The translations under genes were made by a program, and so were the position numbers. A stretch of DNA of 64,000 nucleotides from the human T2T-CHM13v2.0 reference genome, Homo sapiens, in assembly GCF_009914755.1 (NCBI RefSeq), contig NC_060930.1, one strand, 5' to 3'. Under the pieces are notes generated by a model, which worked only from the letters and a program-made list of their open reading frames with translations, was not told the origin of the DNA and made no database searches. Shown piece after piece: positions 33,946-50,399 of the stretch (position 1 is its first letter; every line of letters starts with the position of its first letter).

Positions 33946-34149
33946 CTACCTAACAGAATCCAAACTCCTTAATTTGGTATTCAGAATCCTCCAGAATCTG
34001 GTCCTGACATGGATCTCATAACCTATCTCAGTGACCTTGCATGTACCTCAAGAGGCCCCACTTCTGAGCTAAGGGTCATAACAGAATCCCACCTAGAATG
34101 CCCCTCACTCTGGTCTGCTATGTCTGTTTGTCCAGATCTGCCTGCTCTC

Positions 34150-34197
34150 CAAGTCCTTCACCAAGGCTCAACTCAAGTCCTTCACCAAGGCTCAACT
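34150..34197. repeat. Perfect 24-bp tandem duplication
   Basis: caagtccttcaccaaggctcaact x2. Confidence 0.95.
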
Positions 34198-34509
34198 CCT
34201 CTCAGGTCCTCCAGCCTATCATGACCCTCCTTTCTGACTTTCTAAACACTTCATTTTCCAAAAATACAACTTTATGGTAAGTCATAATGGTGACTTATAT
34301 TATGATTGGTCTTTTATATTCTTATTTATTTTTGCTTGCATGTATGTCTCTTCTCTCCAACTCAATTCTTGAACATTCTCTCAGGGCAAAAGATCTTGTA
34401 GGTGGTTGGTGAAAATTTATAGAATAAAAGAATGAATGAACACAATAACAGCAACTTTTTAAAAGTCCCTCAAATCAATTGGGGGTAGGGAGAGTGTGAG
34501 GAAAGAGTT

Positions 34510-34985
34510 AACACAGCAGGTCTGATTGCTTAGTTTTGCCATCTCCAAAGGCACCTGGAACCCATGATTTACCATCCTCTGGGAATGTGGCCCTCAAAGA
34601 ATTCTTTATGCTAGTGACAGATGATTTTGTTAGAAATACCTGGATCAATGAACCATGCCACACCAACTTGTCAGGTTGCTTCGCACAAACATCAAGATTG
34701 ATAATGTGTAGCTACTTCTACTGTTGGAGTCTTGAGTTTCTGTTGCCATGGCTGCATACATACTAGGAGATGCCTACGTGACCAGTCTCCTACCCACGAC
34801 ATCCCCACCCAGACTCACGGAGGCTTCCCTAGGTGGAGATACACCACATATGTCCCTGTATTTCATTGCTAGAGAGAACATTTCAATGTAGTCTTAGAAG
34901 GGAAATGACATGAAAGTCTGTGTCTGTGCATATCTTTCTCTTGTTACCTTTCTTCTGTGTCATTTGCTGTAATAAAGCAGACCTG
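34510..34985 (+). mobile_element. Old ERVL-type LTR fragment (MER21/LTR40-like)
   Basis: tgcctacgtgaccag and ggcttccctaggtgga motifs; ttgctgtaataaa. Confidence 0.4.
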
Positions 34986-35493
34986 TGAATATCAGATATT
35001 TTTAAAAAATGAATGAATGGAATAAGTGAAATGAACAATGAAATGAAATGGCCAGGGGATACATGCATTTTCTATTTTCCAGTGCATAATGGCTGAATCT
35101 GTATTGAGATGCATTTACCTTAAACTGTAAAACCCACTCTGGCAAAGATGGGCTTTGCTTGGAAAAATATTTAACATATATGATTAAAATAGAATTTAAT
35201 GAGTGCCTGAGTGTTTTAATGCTTGGTTACCTCTTCGCTCACTTAGCTCCAAAGAGACACTTCTTGGACACAAATTCTTCTCACCAAATTGTTTGCCAAG
35301 CAAGCCTACTTCCCTGTTGCCTGTCATACTTACCTGGTATAGTATATTCAGAACACTTTCCTCCCAGGCGAAAATGATGCTGCAGTTTCATTCAACATCT
35401 CCCTCAAAGGCAAGTTGAATATATGCCAGCATGTGGGTCACCTGTCTGCACACACAGGTAGTAGAGAATGGCTCAAATAAGAAAGAAAAGAGC

Positions 35494-35985
35494 AGGCAGG
35501 AGTGGTGGCTTATGCCTGTAATCCCAGCACTTTGGCAGGCAAAGGTAGGTGGATGGTTTAAGCCCAGGAGTGCAAGTCCAGCCTGGGCATCACAGCGAGA
35601 CCCCATCTCTACAAAATATAAAAAAATTAGCTGGGCATGGTGGTACCTGCCTATAGTCCCAGCTACTCAGAAGGCTAAGGTGGAAGGATCACTTGAACCC
35701 AGGAGATCAAGGCTGCAGTGAGCCAAGATCGTGCCACTGCACTCCAGTCTGGGTGACAGAGCAAGACCCTGTCTGAAAGAAAAAGTAACAAAGGAAGGAA
35801 GGAAGGAAGGGGAGAGAAGAAAGGAAAAGAAAGAGAGAGAGGAAAAAAAAGAGAAAAGAGAAAGAAAAAGAAGGAAGGAAGGAAGGAAAAGAAAGAGAGA
35901 AAGAGGAAAAAAAGAAAAAAGAAAAAGAAGGAACGAACGAAGGAAGGAGAGAGAAAGAAAGAAGAAAGAAAGAAGGAACGAATGA
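35494..35985 (+). mobile_element. AluJ with a GA-rich low-complexity tail (35776-35985)
   Basis: aggatcacttgaacccaggagatcaaggctgcagtg diagnostic. Confidence 0.9.
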
Positions 35986-37429
35986 ACTGAGTTTGACAGT
36001 GTCTGCTAAGGAAGGCTAATGACACCAGTGGTGGGAAAAAGCAAGACAGCCATACTTTGGAATCTGAATTCTGTTCACATTATGCACACTTTTGATAGAG
36101 AGAACATGGCAGGAACAGAAAAGAAGCTGGTGATAACTTGACTGGTGTGACCTCTGAGAGTGAAGAGGGGAGATAGGTGAGAGAACAAGTGTTATAACAG
36201 TCCCCAGACCTTTGCAAGTTCCTTACTAATGCTCATAATCAATTATCTAAAAATAATTTTGATTTTTAAAAAATCTTCCTTCAACTTCCTTTGTCCTCTG
36301 TGTTTCAAGAAGCTGTGGCAGACATGTTTCCTGACATTGACATTTTCATCCGTAGAGAAAGCCTGGGGACTTTGGTAATAGCTGATCACAGGAATCCTGG
36401 ATGACCGTCATGGGCTTTGTCTCTTTGGTTCTACTCTAATTAGATGATCACAGCCAACTCTCTTGACATATCCACAAGGGGCTGGAGAGCCTTGGCAATG
36501 AATCCACCAGTCAAGCAGAGAGCACAAGCGGTTTGGGTCAAAGAGGTAGCTAGAAATCTCACCTTGATGTCACATCATTTGTCTGGAAATTAGTCCACAG
36601 GCTTAAAAAGGAGGGTATAAAACTTTGTAGATACATAACATAGATGAACTTTGCCATATTTTATTGTAGGTTAAAAGATCTGGAATTTGAGTTATTTGAT
36701 AGTAATTTTTAAAAAAAGAATTTTTTCACATAAACCCAGAAATGCTAAGGAAAGCTATAAATAATAAATTTGAGTAAGCCAATCATATTTTGATAGGCTA
36801 GAATCACTTGATATTTAAAAGAATTCTACAATGGACATTTTTGCAGTATGAAAAAACATCCCATATGTTTCTCTGCATTTTAAACTGTTTTAGGATCTGA
36901 ATTATTCTGAAAATTGTGTCCACTGAGTAAGATAAAAGATACTGCATTTTTGGTTGTGGTTGTTGCTTCTTTGTCCATTGTTCCCGGGCTTATTTAGCCA
37001 TGATGACAGAGTGGCATGACTGCAAATCAAGGAATTTTTTTTTTTTTATTTAGCTATAACCACATGGGGCTCCATTATATTCCACCAGTTCCCTCTGCAG
37101 GAGAGGCACAGGTAGAAGGCCACCTGAACATTCATGCCCAGAGCTGTGAGGTGTAGAAGGCAGTAAGGTGCCCCTGCCAGGCAGGCATGAATCATTGACT
37201 CCTCTCTTCTTCCTGCATCTTTCAACATATGAATGAAGTTGTGTTTATTTCAGGGCTTCAGGTTAAAGAACCCAGAAATGTTTCTTCCCTGGGAACCTTA
37301 CTGGGGAGTGTGGATTCTTTGACAGCCAAGACGCCTTGGGCTCTAAAGCACATATCTTACAATAAGGCCAACTCTTTTCAGAAATCCAGGAACAGGGCAC
37401 TCAAGTGCAAACCCAAATCCTGCATGGCT

Positions 37430-37690
37430 TGAGCTTTTCAAAGTAAATAAGTAATTATGGAGGGCCTACAAGTCTGGGACTGTGCTGTGTAACATGGATT
37501 ACCTCCCTTAGCCCACGGAATATCACTGCGGGCAGATGTTATTTATATCTCCTTATTACAAACAAGGAAGCTTAGGGTCTCAGAGGTTAAACTACTTGCA
37601 CAGTCACAGCTAGCAAGTGGCAACATTCGAATTTTAACCTAGCAGGTCACGTTCCAGAGTCAATGCCCTAAAATGTTTAACTTTACTGGC
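37430..37690 (-). mobile_element. MIR
   Basis: acaaacaaggaagct..ctcagaggttaaactacttgcacagtcacagctagcaagtggca. Confidence 0.7.
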
Positions 37691-37825
37691 CACATCCAGT
37701 GAAGAGCTGCCATCTCCATTTCAGCTTAGCACTGAGCTATTATTTCCTATTGAATCCTTTTTCAGCTTTCTGGGTCCTTTTTACATAAGGACCCTAGGCT
37801 TGCTGATTTTCTGTATATATATATA

Positions 37826-38658
<833 letters not shown>

Positions 38659-39705
38659 TATATATATCTATGTCTGTATCTCCTTGTATCCTTCTAGAGT
38701 GCATTGCAAAGGAATGGTAACGGGTGCTGCTCATTTGTTTGCCTATTTGTGACCCCTGATTTGGGGTACTATTTTTAGTCCTGATACAGTCTTCATTTCT
38801 ACCTGTCTGAAGCGATGAGATGGAGAAAGAGACTCCCCGCCGATCCCTGTCATAACTGTTAAGCTCCACTGGGACAGAAAGCCCTTGCTGGTTTCTCAAA
38901 CCTCTGAATTAGGTTTTAAAAAGAGCACAGGGTTCCAAGCACAAACAACAAATCTTCCTTCTAATCTGTTTTTGGATCAAACAATTGTATAGTACCACAG
39001 CATAGTAATATGCAAACCTGAAATTAGCCTTAATAATACTCTCAGTGATACTCAGTAGGTCTCATTATTTCAGTCACAGGGTAATGCAGGGTGGATGTAA
39101 ACACAATTTATGTGAAAGTATACAGCAAGTGGTCTCAAAATGCCTACTATGTGTCATTCAATAGGGATGTAGATATGGATGGGATATTGACCTTCACGAT
39201 GTAACAGAGAAATGAGACAATAATTATGTTATACATATATAAAATGATAAGTGCAAAAGAAGTTCTCAAAAATTTTTTCTCAATATTTCAGTTCCTTTTT
39301 TCTTCCCTTTCCCCCTACCACCTACACTCCCACACCATATGATGCCCCTCACTGCTGGCTTTTCTGGGCCACCCACTGTGACTTCTTATGAAGACCTAAA
39401 TTTTTCCCTAACAGCAAAGTTTCTGACCTATGTCAGCCTTATCTCACACATCAAAACTTAATCTTACTGTGTTCTATTTCCTTAAAACAACGAATAGACT
39501 CATCCAAAGATGTCAGTTACTAATAAAGATTTGACAGTCATTTATATGTTAACAACAGTCTGTATACCTTGACCCCTAGGGGTAAGACTTTGAGCAAGAA
39601 CTGAAAAGACAAGACATATTAATAGACATAAACATATTGTTAAGACGCTAAAATTTGTAAAATTTTTTCTGCTTGGGCTTTTTAACATGAGGTTTCCCAT
39701 CATGC

Positions 39706-41081
39706 TGTGATCAGAATTGCTGGGTTCTTGGTCTCACTGACTTCAAGAATGAAGCCGTGGACCCTCGCAGTGAGTGTTATAGTTCTTAAAGATGGTGTGT
39801 CCGGAGTTTGTTCCTTCTGATGTTCGGATGTGTTTGGAGTTTCTTCCTTCTGGTAGGTTCGTGGTCTCGCTGGCTTCAGGAGTGAAGCTGCAGACCTTCG
39901 TGGTGAGTGTTACACCTCTTAAGGTGGTGCCTCTGGAGTTGTTTGTCCCTCCTGTCCAGAGTTGTTCATTCCTCCCAGTGGGTTCGTGGTCTCGCTGGCC
40001 TCAGGAGTGAAGCTACAGACCTTCACAGTGAGTGTTACAGCTCATAAAAGCAGTGGGGACCCAAAAAGTGAGCAGCAGCAAGATTTATTGCAAAGAGCGA
40101 AAGAACAAAGCTTCCACAATGTGGAGGGGGACCCCAGCAGGTTACCGCTGCTGGCTGGGCAGCCTGCTTTCATTCCCTTATCTGGCCCCACCCACATCCT
40201 GCTAATTGGTCCATTTTACAGAGAGCTGATTGGTCCATTTTGACAGGGTGCTGATTGGTGTATTTATAATCCCTGAGTTAGACACAGAATGCTGATTTGT
40301 GCGTTTACAATCCTTTAGCTAGACAAAAAAGTTCTCCAAGTCCCCACTAGATTAGCTAGACACAGAGCACTGATTGGTGCATTTACAAACCTTGAGCTAG
40401 ACACAGAGTGCTGATTGGTGCATTTACAATCCCTGAGCTAGACACAGAGTGCTGATTGGTGCATATACAATATTCCAGCTAGATATAAAAGTTCTCCAAG
40501 TCTCCACCTGACTGAGGAGCCCAGCTGGCTTTGCCTAGTGGATCCCGTGCGGGGGCCATGGTGGGAGCTGCCCGCCAGTCCTGCACCATGCGCCCACAGT
40601 CCTTAGCCCTTGGGCAGTCGATGGGACCGGGTGCCGCGGAGCAGGGGGCAGCACCCGTTGGGGAGGCTCTGGCCTCGCAAGAGCCCATGGGGGCGCAGCT
40701 GAGGTCCAGCGAGAATTCCAGCATAGCACAGGTGGGCCGGCAGTGCTGGGGGACCTGGTGCCCCCTCTGCAGCTGCTGGCCTGGGTGGTAAGCCCCTCAC
40801 TGCGGCTGCCTGCTCTGAGTGCGGGTCCTGCCAAGCCCACGCCCACCCAGAGCTCGCGCTGGCCCGCAAGCCCACGCGCAGCCCTGGTTCCCACCTGCGT
40901 CTCTCCCTCCACACCTCCCCCGCAAGCAGAGGGAGTCAGCTCCCACCTGGGCCAACCCAGAGAGGGGCTCCCACAGTGCAGCGGTGGGCTGAAGGGCTCC
41001 TCAAGCGTGGCCAGAGTGGATGCCGTGGCCTGAAGAGGTTCCGAGAGGGAGCGAGGGCTGCTAGCACGTTGTCACCTCTCA
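39706..41081 (-). mobile_element. LTR12 (C/D-type) solo LTR of ERV9
   Basis: Ends tgtg.. and ..gtcacctctca; tandem gctgattggt (CCAAT) units at 40200-40470; ggagtgaagctgcagaccttc U5 repeats; GC-rich U3; TSD atgc/ttgc. Confidence 0.93.
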
Positions 41082-41344
41082 TTGCCACCACTGAAATACC
41101 CGTTATTTATCTGGGCCTTCCAAAGTCTTCCCTGATCTGTATACAGTTTAAGAGAAGAATTTTATTTTCCTCCATAATGATTGATATTTTTGTCAAAGGC
41201 ATCAGCAATGAGTGTAAATTTGCATTTTAAATTTAGAATGATTTATTTTTAATGAAAAGTGTCGCTGTTGCAGTTAGTCTAGCTGATAGGGATTCAAGAT
41301 TGATAGTGAAAGAATATTAGAAATATGAGCATCCCTATGAAGGA

Positions 41345-43270
<1,926 letters not shown>

Positions 43271-44359
43271 AAAAAAACTTTCATTATTAACATACTAAAA
43301 AAAGAGAAGTTTTAACATTTTCTTATAAAATAGTATGCAAATTACTCAGATTCCATTATAGTGCTACTGCATTCTAAAAGAGTTTGTCTGTCTCTTCAAA
43401 TGCCTCCATTGATAATGCACATTTACCCGTATTTCCCACCAGTTATTTGAAAATCTGGAAAGAGCACTACACTGAAAGTCGGGATGTGTGAGTTCGAGTT
43501 TCTGTTGACCTGTCTGTTTGCAGATCAGTACTTTCACTTCTCTGAATCTCTAAAAATGGACCTTGGTAAGATGACTGATTTTCTAACTCTGCTCCCTGCA
43601 GACACAAGGAACTCTTCTCCACAAGCACCTACCACCCACCACCCTGCTTTTCAGCCAGAGCTGCTCTGGTTCTCTCTGTTTTATTCATTTTCATATCCAC
43701 CTATGATTTTGTCTGATTCTGAGCAACAGTCATCTGAAAATATTCAGAAGAGATTATTTTAAGGCTTCTTCTAGAACCAATACTTCTTGCATCTCTAAAA
43801 CCCAAGTGCTGATTAGGGGAGGCAGTCAACCCTTAAGTTTACTCCAGCTAGGAAGCTGCCTGTCTTCCTCATACATCGGGCCAGAAGCATAGACCTTCTG
43901 TATTTTTTTTCAGAATGTAAATTTGGGCTGTTGAGGCTGTAATGGAGATGAATGAGAAGAAACAAAGTGCATGTGTCACAACACAAGAGGCAAAGAGGGC
44001 TGCTGGGGAAACAAGGAATTCTTGATCTGCCCTTTCTTCAAATGACCACTGAGCCAGTTGGCATTAGTCTTGGCGTAATGATTTTGCTTGTTGTCTGTGA
44101 ACATGCTCTGTTCAGAAATAATAGTTGGCAGGATGCCTTGAGAATACATTCACTAGGGAATTGTAATTCATGACTTACTGTTAAAGGTCACACCAGAAAC
44201 TAGAACCAGCTCTTAATCAACAGCTGAATGGGAGAGGGCCAAGGCCTTATCTTCACTTTCAGAGCCATTGAAATTCAGTGCTTCAGGGGCAGCACCATTC
44301 AGCCCAGTAAATTGTGTATAATTTAATAATTTGGCCTCCCAGGGAGCCAAGAGGCCAAA

Positions 44360-44715
44360 GAAAGAGGCTGACATATCCAGTTTCTCAGAAAGAAACATTT
44401 AGTAGGGACTTAGGAACAGAAGCCATGTCTGTGTCTCGGGTGGTGGGAAAACAAGATGGTGGGTCCTGTGCCATTATCCCACAGACCAAGGGCTTATGCA
44501 CCATAGGGGAGGAGTGATTCAGAAGGGATGTGTAGGACAATTGAAGTATGATAACAGCAACGTTGTTGGACCTAAGGGCAAGATTTATGGTAAGTACCTG
44601 CTCTCAGAAGGAACAGTAGATAAACTGGAAATTTTAGAGGCTTTCCCAGAACTGGAGTTAATGAGAAGCCAACATGCCAGATTAGAAATCTAAGATGGAG
44701 TTGCTTTGGCCTCCA
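44360..44715 (-). mobile_element. Possible old ERV1 LTR fragment
   Basis: Terminal aagatggagttgctttggcctcca resembles reverse 5' ends of MER31/MER67-group LTRs. Confidence 0.35.
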
Positions 44716-45419
44716 TGCCATCCTCTCAAGACACTAAATATGTCATAGTGAACTCATCTCTAACACCACTGTCTGCATCATGAGTGGCATCCAGTGGCTA
44801 TGGAACTATTTGCCAAAGTAGGAATTGAAAAACAGTGTCAAGATGGAGCATTCATTTGTCACATTCCCATTTCACAGCCCAGACATAATGACATAGGTTG
44901 GTCATTTATTCTGTCATTCTATTTTTTCCATAGGAAAGTCTTAATACTGTGTTTAAAATATCACCAACTGAACCTACTTGACTTTAACTCATTGAATTCC
45001 CTGGTTGCCTCTTAACACTTCTACATATACCACATAGCACTGAAATTAGCTGTTATCCTTTGGATTTGTGTTATTAAAGGAAGGTTCTGTCTCCTATTTC
45101 TCTTATATCCCCTCTGAGATCCAAATAAAATGCTAACAGCCAATAGACTAAATGTGACTAAAATTTTTTTGCCATTAAAGAGACAAGAAACAGGAGAGAA
45201 GCAATTTGAGATATGTTATACTGACAAATAAGCATATTAAATGTAACAGTGTGCCTCGATTGGACACTTTAAAGAGTAAGCTACAAAGGAAGGGAAGAGT
45301 GGATAAACAGGGAACTGTCTCTGTTATTTAAATAAAAAATAAAGTTGAATCACCAAAGGGCTGCCATATAAACAATTTTTAAGCACTTCTTACATGTCAT
45401 TTTGTATAAGTTATTTACT

Positions 45420-45860
45420 GACACAATGATGCTGAGAATCCAACTACCCCAAAACTCAGTGGCTTAAAACAATAAACATGTATTTAGCTCTCAACACTCT
45501 GTAGATTAGTGATTTAGATTGGGTTCAGTTGCAGGATTTTTCTCATCTCGGCTTGGCCCGCTCACACATCTGGAGATGAGTTAGTTGTCAGCTGTTAGCT
45601 GGGTCACATGATTCTCATCTTCCAGCAGGCTAGCCCAGGCAGGCGTTCATGGCAGTGTCAGAAGGCAAGAGCAAGAGCAAGTCTCAATATGCAGGTCCTT
45701 TACAAGCCTCTATTTGCATCATGTTTGCTAACAGCCCACTGGGCAAAGTAAGTTGCATGGCTGAGCCCAGAAGCAGAGAGGGAGGGCACCACACAGTTAC
45801 AGAATAAAGAACATGAACACTTGAAGAAATAAAGAATTAGGGCCCCAAATACTATCTCCC
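45420..45860. mobile_element. MLT1 (H-like) MaLR LTR
   Basis: ccccaaaactcagtggcttaaaacaa; cttccagcaggctagcccagg; catggctgagcccag. Confidence 0.7.
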
Positions 45861-46218
45861 CACAGACTCTGTGCTCACTTAATTGATGCCACCTCATTTA
45901 ATTTCACAATAACTCTATAGATATTTTTACTATTACTTCCAGTCAATAGATATAAATACTAAGGATAAGAGAAAGACCAACCAAGTGGTGATGAATAGAG
46001 TCACTACCTCTTCCCCTCTTTTATAGGGTCTTCTGTCTGCATATATTTTAGAATTTCTCAAACCTTGATTATTTATAGAAAAGATATGGAAAATTATGGC
46101 AAAGAGAGCGAGAGAGAGAGAGCTTTCAAATAGAATGGTGTTTGGCAGAGAATGGCAAAGTTAGGAGCTAAAGAGCCTAGTCTATATATTCCACTTGCGT
46201 GTGACCTGGAGCCGCTAT

Positions 46219-46837
46219 GTTTTGGCCACTTTCTCCAATTTGGAATAACTGTATTTACTCAATACCTGTACCCCCATTGTATCTAGGAAGTAACTAACTT
46301 GCTTTTGATGTTACAGACTCATAGGCAGAAGGACTTCCCTTGTCTCAGATGAGACTTTGGACTATGGACTTTTGAGTTAATGCTGAAATGAATTAAGACT
46401 TTGGGGGACTATTGGGAAGGCATGATTGGCTTTGAAATGTGAGAACATAACATTTAGGAGGGGTCAGAGGCAGAATGATTTGGTTTGGTCATGTCCCCAC
46501 CCAAATATCATCTTGAATTATAGCTCCGACAATTCCCACATGTTGTGGGAGGGACCTGGTGGGAGATAATTGAATCATGGGGGCAGTTTCCCCCATACTG
46601 TCCTTGTGGTAGTGAATAAGTCTCACGAAATCTGATGATTTTATAAGAGGAAACCCCTTCACTTGATTCTTATTCTCTCTTTGCCTGTCACCATGTAAGA
46701 TGTGCCTTTTGCCTTCAGCCATGATCATGAGGTCTCCAGAGCCACGTGGAACTGTGAGTCCATTAAACCTCTTTTCCTTTATAAATTACCAAGTTTCGGG
46801 TATGTCTTTATCGGCAGCATGAAAATGAACTAATATA
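46219..46837 (+). mobile_element. THE1 internal 3' fragment (46219-46475) plus THE1B/C LTR (46476-46837)
   Basis: gtacccccattgtatctaggaagtaact internal motif, polypurine tract, then tgatttggtttgg...gaactaatata. Confidence 0.9.
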
Positions 46838-47044
46838 CGTACATTATTTTCAACTTGTGTGCATGTGTACACACACATATAATGTAAGGAAGCATTTCAA
46901 ACTGTTAAAAGCTGTAGGACCATAAACAATATAGGTTTTTTCTTTCTCTTGTTTTTCAAAACTTTTGCAATTACTTGCATGTTAAAGGTTAGCATTATTT
47001 TAATAAAATATTATACAAAAGAAAATGTAATAGTTAATGAATGT

Positions 47045-47409
47045 TGCATTAGTCCATTCTCATGCTGCTATAAAGATGCTACCTGAGACTGGGTAATTTA
47101 TAAAGAAAGGAGGTTCAATTGACTCACAGTTCCACATGGCTGGGGAGGCCTCAGAAAACTTACAATCATGGTGGAAGATGAAGGGAAAGCAAGGCACGTC
47201 TTCCAGGGCAGCAGGTGAGAGAGAAAGCGCAAGGGAAACTGCCACTTTTAAACCATCAGATCTCATGAGCACTCCCTCACTATGACAAGAACATCACGGG
47301 GGAAACCACCCCCATAATCCAATCACCTCCCATAAGGTCCCTCCCTAGGCACATGGGGATTACAATCTGAGATGAGATTCAGGTGAGGACACAGAGCCAA
47401 GCCATATCA
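47045..47409 (-). mobile_element. THE1D/MSTA-type solo LTR
   Basis: tgcattagtccattctc...gccatatca; perfect 5-bp TSD aatgt. Confidence 0.9.
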
Positions 47410-49824
47410 AATGTGTTCTAATTAAGGTCTAAAAATACTAGTGTTATCATCATTCAAAATCTCTAAAATGTGTATCTAATACAGTATGCAGAAGGAAACA
47501 TCATAAGAGCTAGACTCAGGGTTAGAAGAAAAAAATTGTATTCCCAAAATCCTCAATGTGAGTTTGATAAAAAATTCTGGAAGTAAAACCAAGCTCTAGA
47601 CATCAACAAGTTCACTGGCTTTTCATACTTGATTTTAATAATAGAAACCCCTGTTACTTTTACAAGAAAATGTAGATGAACTCAAACAAGTAAAACTGCT
47701 TCATTTGAAATCAAACCCTCCAGCAGTATGCTTGAACTCTATAGTAACCTATTTGGAATCCACTGACCTAGTCCAACCCATGACTTTCCAGATGAACAGA
47801 TCCCCAGATGGAAGGGGCTGATCTTCCTCTCCTCTAATCCAGGGTCAGATAAGAGGAGGCCCCATGCTACCTCTCAGCAGTCCAGGGCCAGGTGACTCTT
47901 ATCATCATTGCAAGACACAAAGTCAAAGGTAGAGAAGAAAATCATGTCCCACAGGACTGTGAGAGAGAAAAGGCAAAGGTACAAACCACGTTGTCCTTGA
48001 AGGGCCAGAAGGCAGAGACTAAATCTAAGAGCCAGTGCCTGCTTTTCTGAGACTCCAGTGATGGCTTGCACAACTACTCCAGGTTGGTGTACGGAGTCAG
48101 GATGGGGCAGATATGGAATGTCTTGTGGATGAGGGTCACATGGCCAACTAGTGAAACTCTAGGACTGAAGGCCAGGTGTTTCAACTTAGTAAGATGGCCT
48201 GGCTAATTCACACACAAACACACACACACACATGTAAACCTATGTAAACCACATAAACTTCACATTCCAGTGTTCACCTTATTGAATATGTCCTTCTTGA
48301 GATCTTCAATGATCAACCTCAATGCCAATCCAATGAATAATTTCATTCATTTTCCTATGTAATCTCTCCTTTGTCTTTTCCTTTGGCCGTCTTCTCACTA
48401 TATATTTTCTCAGAACTCTATCACCCTCTCCCATTGCATCAATTAGCATCTAGTTTTAGTGATCAGACTCCAGTGTGCTTAAGAGTCATCTGAAAAGTAG
48501 GATTAAAATGACGATCTGGGGCCCATTCCCAGAGGAGTTGGCTGCCAGGGTTTTGGGGGTGGGTGCAATGTACACAGATGGTCTTTGAGAAACACTGAAC
48601 AATATGGTAATGATTCTCAAAGTGAGTCTCCAGTCCAGATCTTTCTCCTGGGCTCGAGGCCTAAAATCTCAACTGCTCGATACATTTGGAGAAATCCTGT
48701 CACTTTAAATTCATCATGCTCTTATCCACCCACCCCCAAATCCACTGTCTTTTCCTACATGTCCATTGTGGTCCTGCCATCTCTTCAGACTCTGCCATAA
48801 GGCTGAATCCAGGTCCTCAATAATGGTGAGCTCCTACCTATTTTCCGCCTTTGCTGGCCTCTGCTTTCTCTTTCCCTCCCTTACTTATTTCTAATGGCTG
48901 AATGTCACCCAAAGATAGGAAGAGCCACTGACCGCATAACATTCAGTACTTCCCAAATCTCCGAGTTCAGTCATTGCAATGACTGCTACCAGTTTCCATG
49001 AAGAAAAGGAGAAAATATAGGAATAAACATATTAATATTTCCATGTCCATATAATTTTTCCAAAACATTATTCATAAAAAGGTTATCTGGTAGTCAACGT
49101 TGATGGAAGCTTCAAGACTAATTAGGGGATAGGAAGTAAGAGCAGTATGCCGGGTTGCTATGGAACTGATGGCTTAAAGCTGAATGTTAAGCAGACTCAA
49201 AAGTCCTCCAATCATGATCCCCTCCTCACCTCCTCGTCTATTCAAGCCCAGCCTCCCTTCATCTGACCCTGGCTCCTCTACTTAGCTTTCTTCTTCTGCT
49301 CCACACTTACTCACTGAGAACCCCCAACTTCCTGGGCATTGCTTATGCAGAGCAGTTGAACTCTTCCTATATGTCACTCTAAGCACATCCCAACTATGTC
49401 TAGAGATCAACCTCACCAACTAGAATGAACCACCAATGGATTTTTAAATATAGAGATGTTTCTCCTTCAAGAAAAACATTCTGTTACCAGCCCTTTCACA
49501 TTTTTTTTTCCCTGTGGCATAAGTTGGGTCTTTTGAAATTGCTTTGATATTAGTCACAATCTGACCACCATGATATTTTTTGATCTTTTCCTCCTGTGAG
49601 AATAGTTGAGCAGAGTCATTACAGTAAATTGCTAGTGAGGCCAGTGTCTCTGGTTCAGTCCTCCTGAGAGTTAGTTAGCTTTGTGTTGTTGCCAGATCTC
49701 AGCACACCTCCTCCCTCCAGCTAGGTGTCTTGCCAGGGCAGGTTTATTACTAGAAAGGCCAGTTTTGGGGTGGCAGTTTGGAGAAAGAAAGGAAAAGGGT
49801 ATGGGGGAGAGAGCACCTTTTCTT

Positions 49825-50047
49825 TTTTCTTTTTTCTTTTTCTTTTTTGAGACAAAGTCTCACTCACATACAGGCTGGAATGCAATGGCGCAATCTTGGC
49901 TCACTGCAACCTCCGCCTCCTGGGTTCAAAAGATTCTCATGCCTCAGCCTCCTGAGTAGCTGGGATTACAGGTGCATGCCACCACACCCAGCTAATTTTT
50001 TTTGTATTTTTTGGTAGAGATGGAGCTTCACCATGTTGGCCAGGCTG
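49825..50047 (-). mobile_element. 5'-truncated AluS
   Basis: TSD agcaccttttctt (49812-49824 / 50049-50061); first ~85 nt of the Alu are absent. Confidence 0.93.
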
Positions 50048-50399
50048 TAGCACCTTTTCTTATTAACCTCAAAATATCCAGAAACTTGGAACCAGAATCT
50101 ATCTTTCATTGAGTTTGAGTTAATGGATTATATGACAATATTCACTGGCCCTGCCTGTTTCCCCAGGAGCTCCTTGGTAAGATTAGGTTGCTTCCTTGTG
50201 AAATCTCTTCTTAGACAAGGAAACAGACTCTGTTTATCCTTGGCCACAGTTAGCATCTTCCAATTTCTATTGATGGTAGCTTTGAAGTTTTCAATTTTTT
50301 AATTCAGAATCTGAAACTTTACATGCATCCTAAGTGAGTGGGTCAATGGCAGAACCCAGCCCTTGCTTCAGCTGGAACGAGATTAGATGGGCATGTTTA

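Noticed and set aside
39780-40500. Spaced direct repeats superficially like a CRISPR array
   Set aside because: These are the normal U5 and CCAAT tandem units of LTR12 in eukaryotic DNA, with no unique spacers or cas genes.
40479-41080. GC-rich region with overlapping ORFs suggesting a CpG-island gene promoter
   Set aside because: It lies entirely within LTR12 U3.
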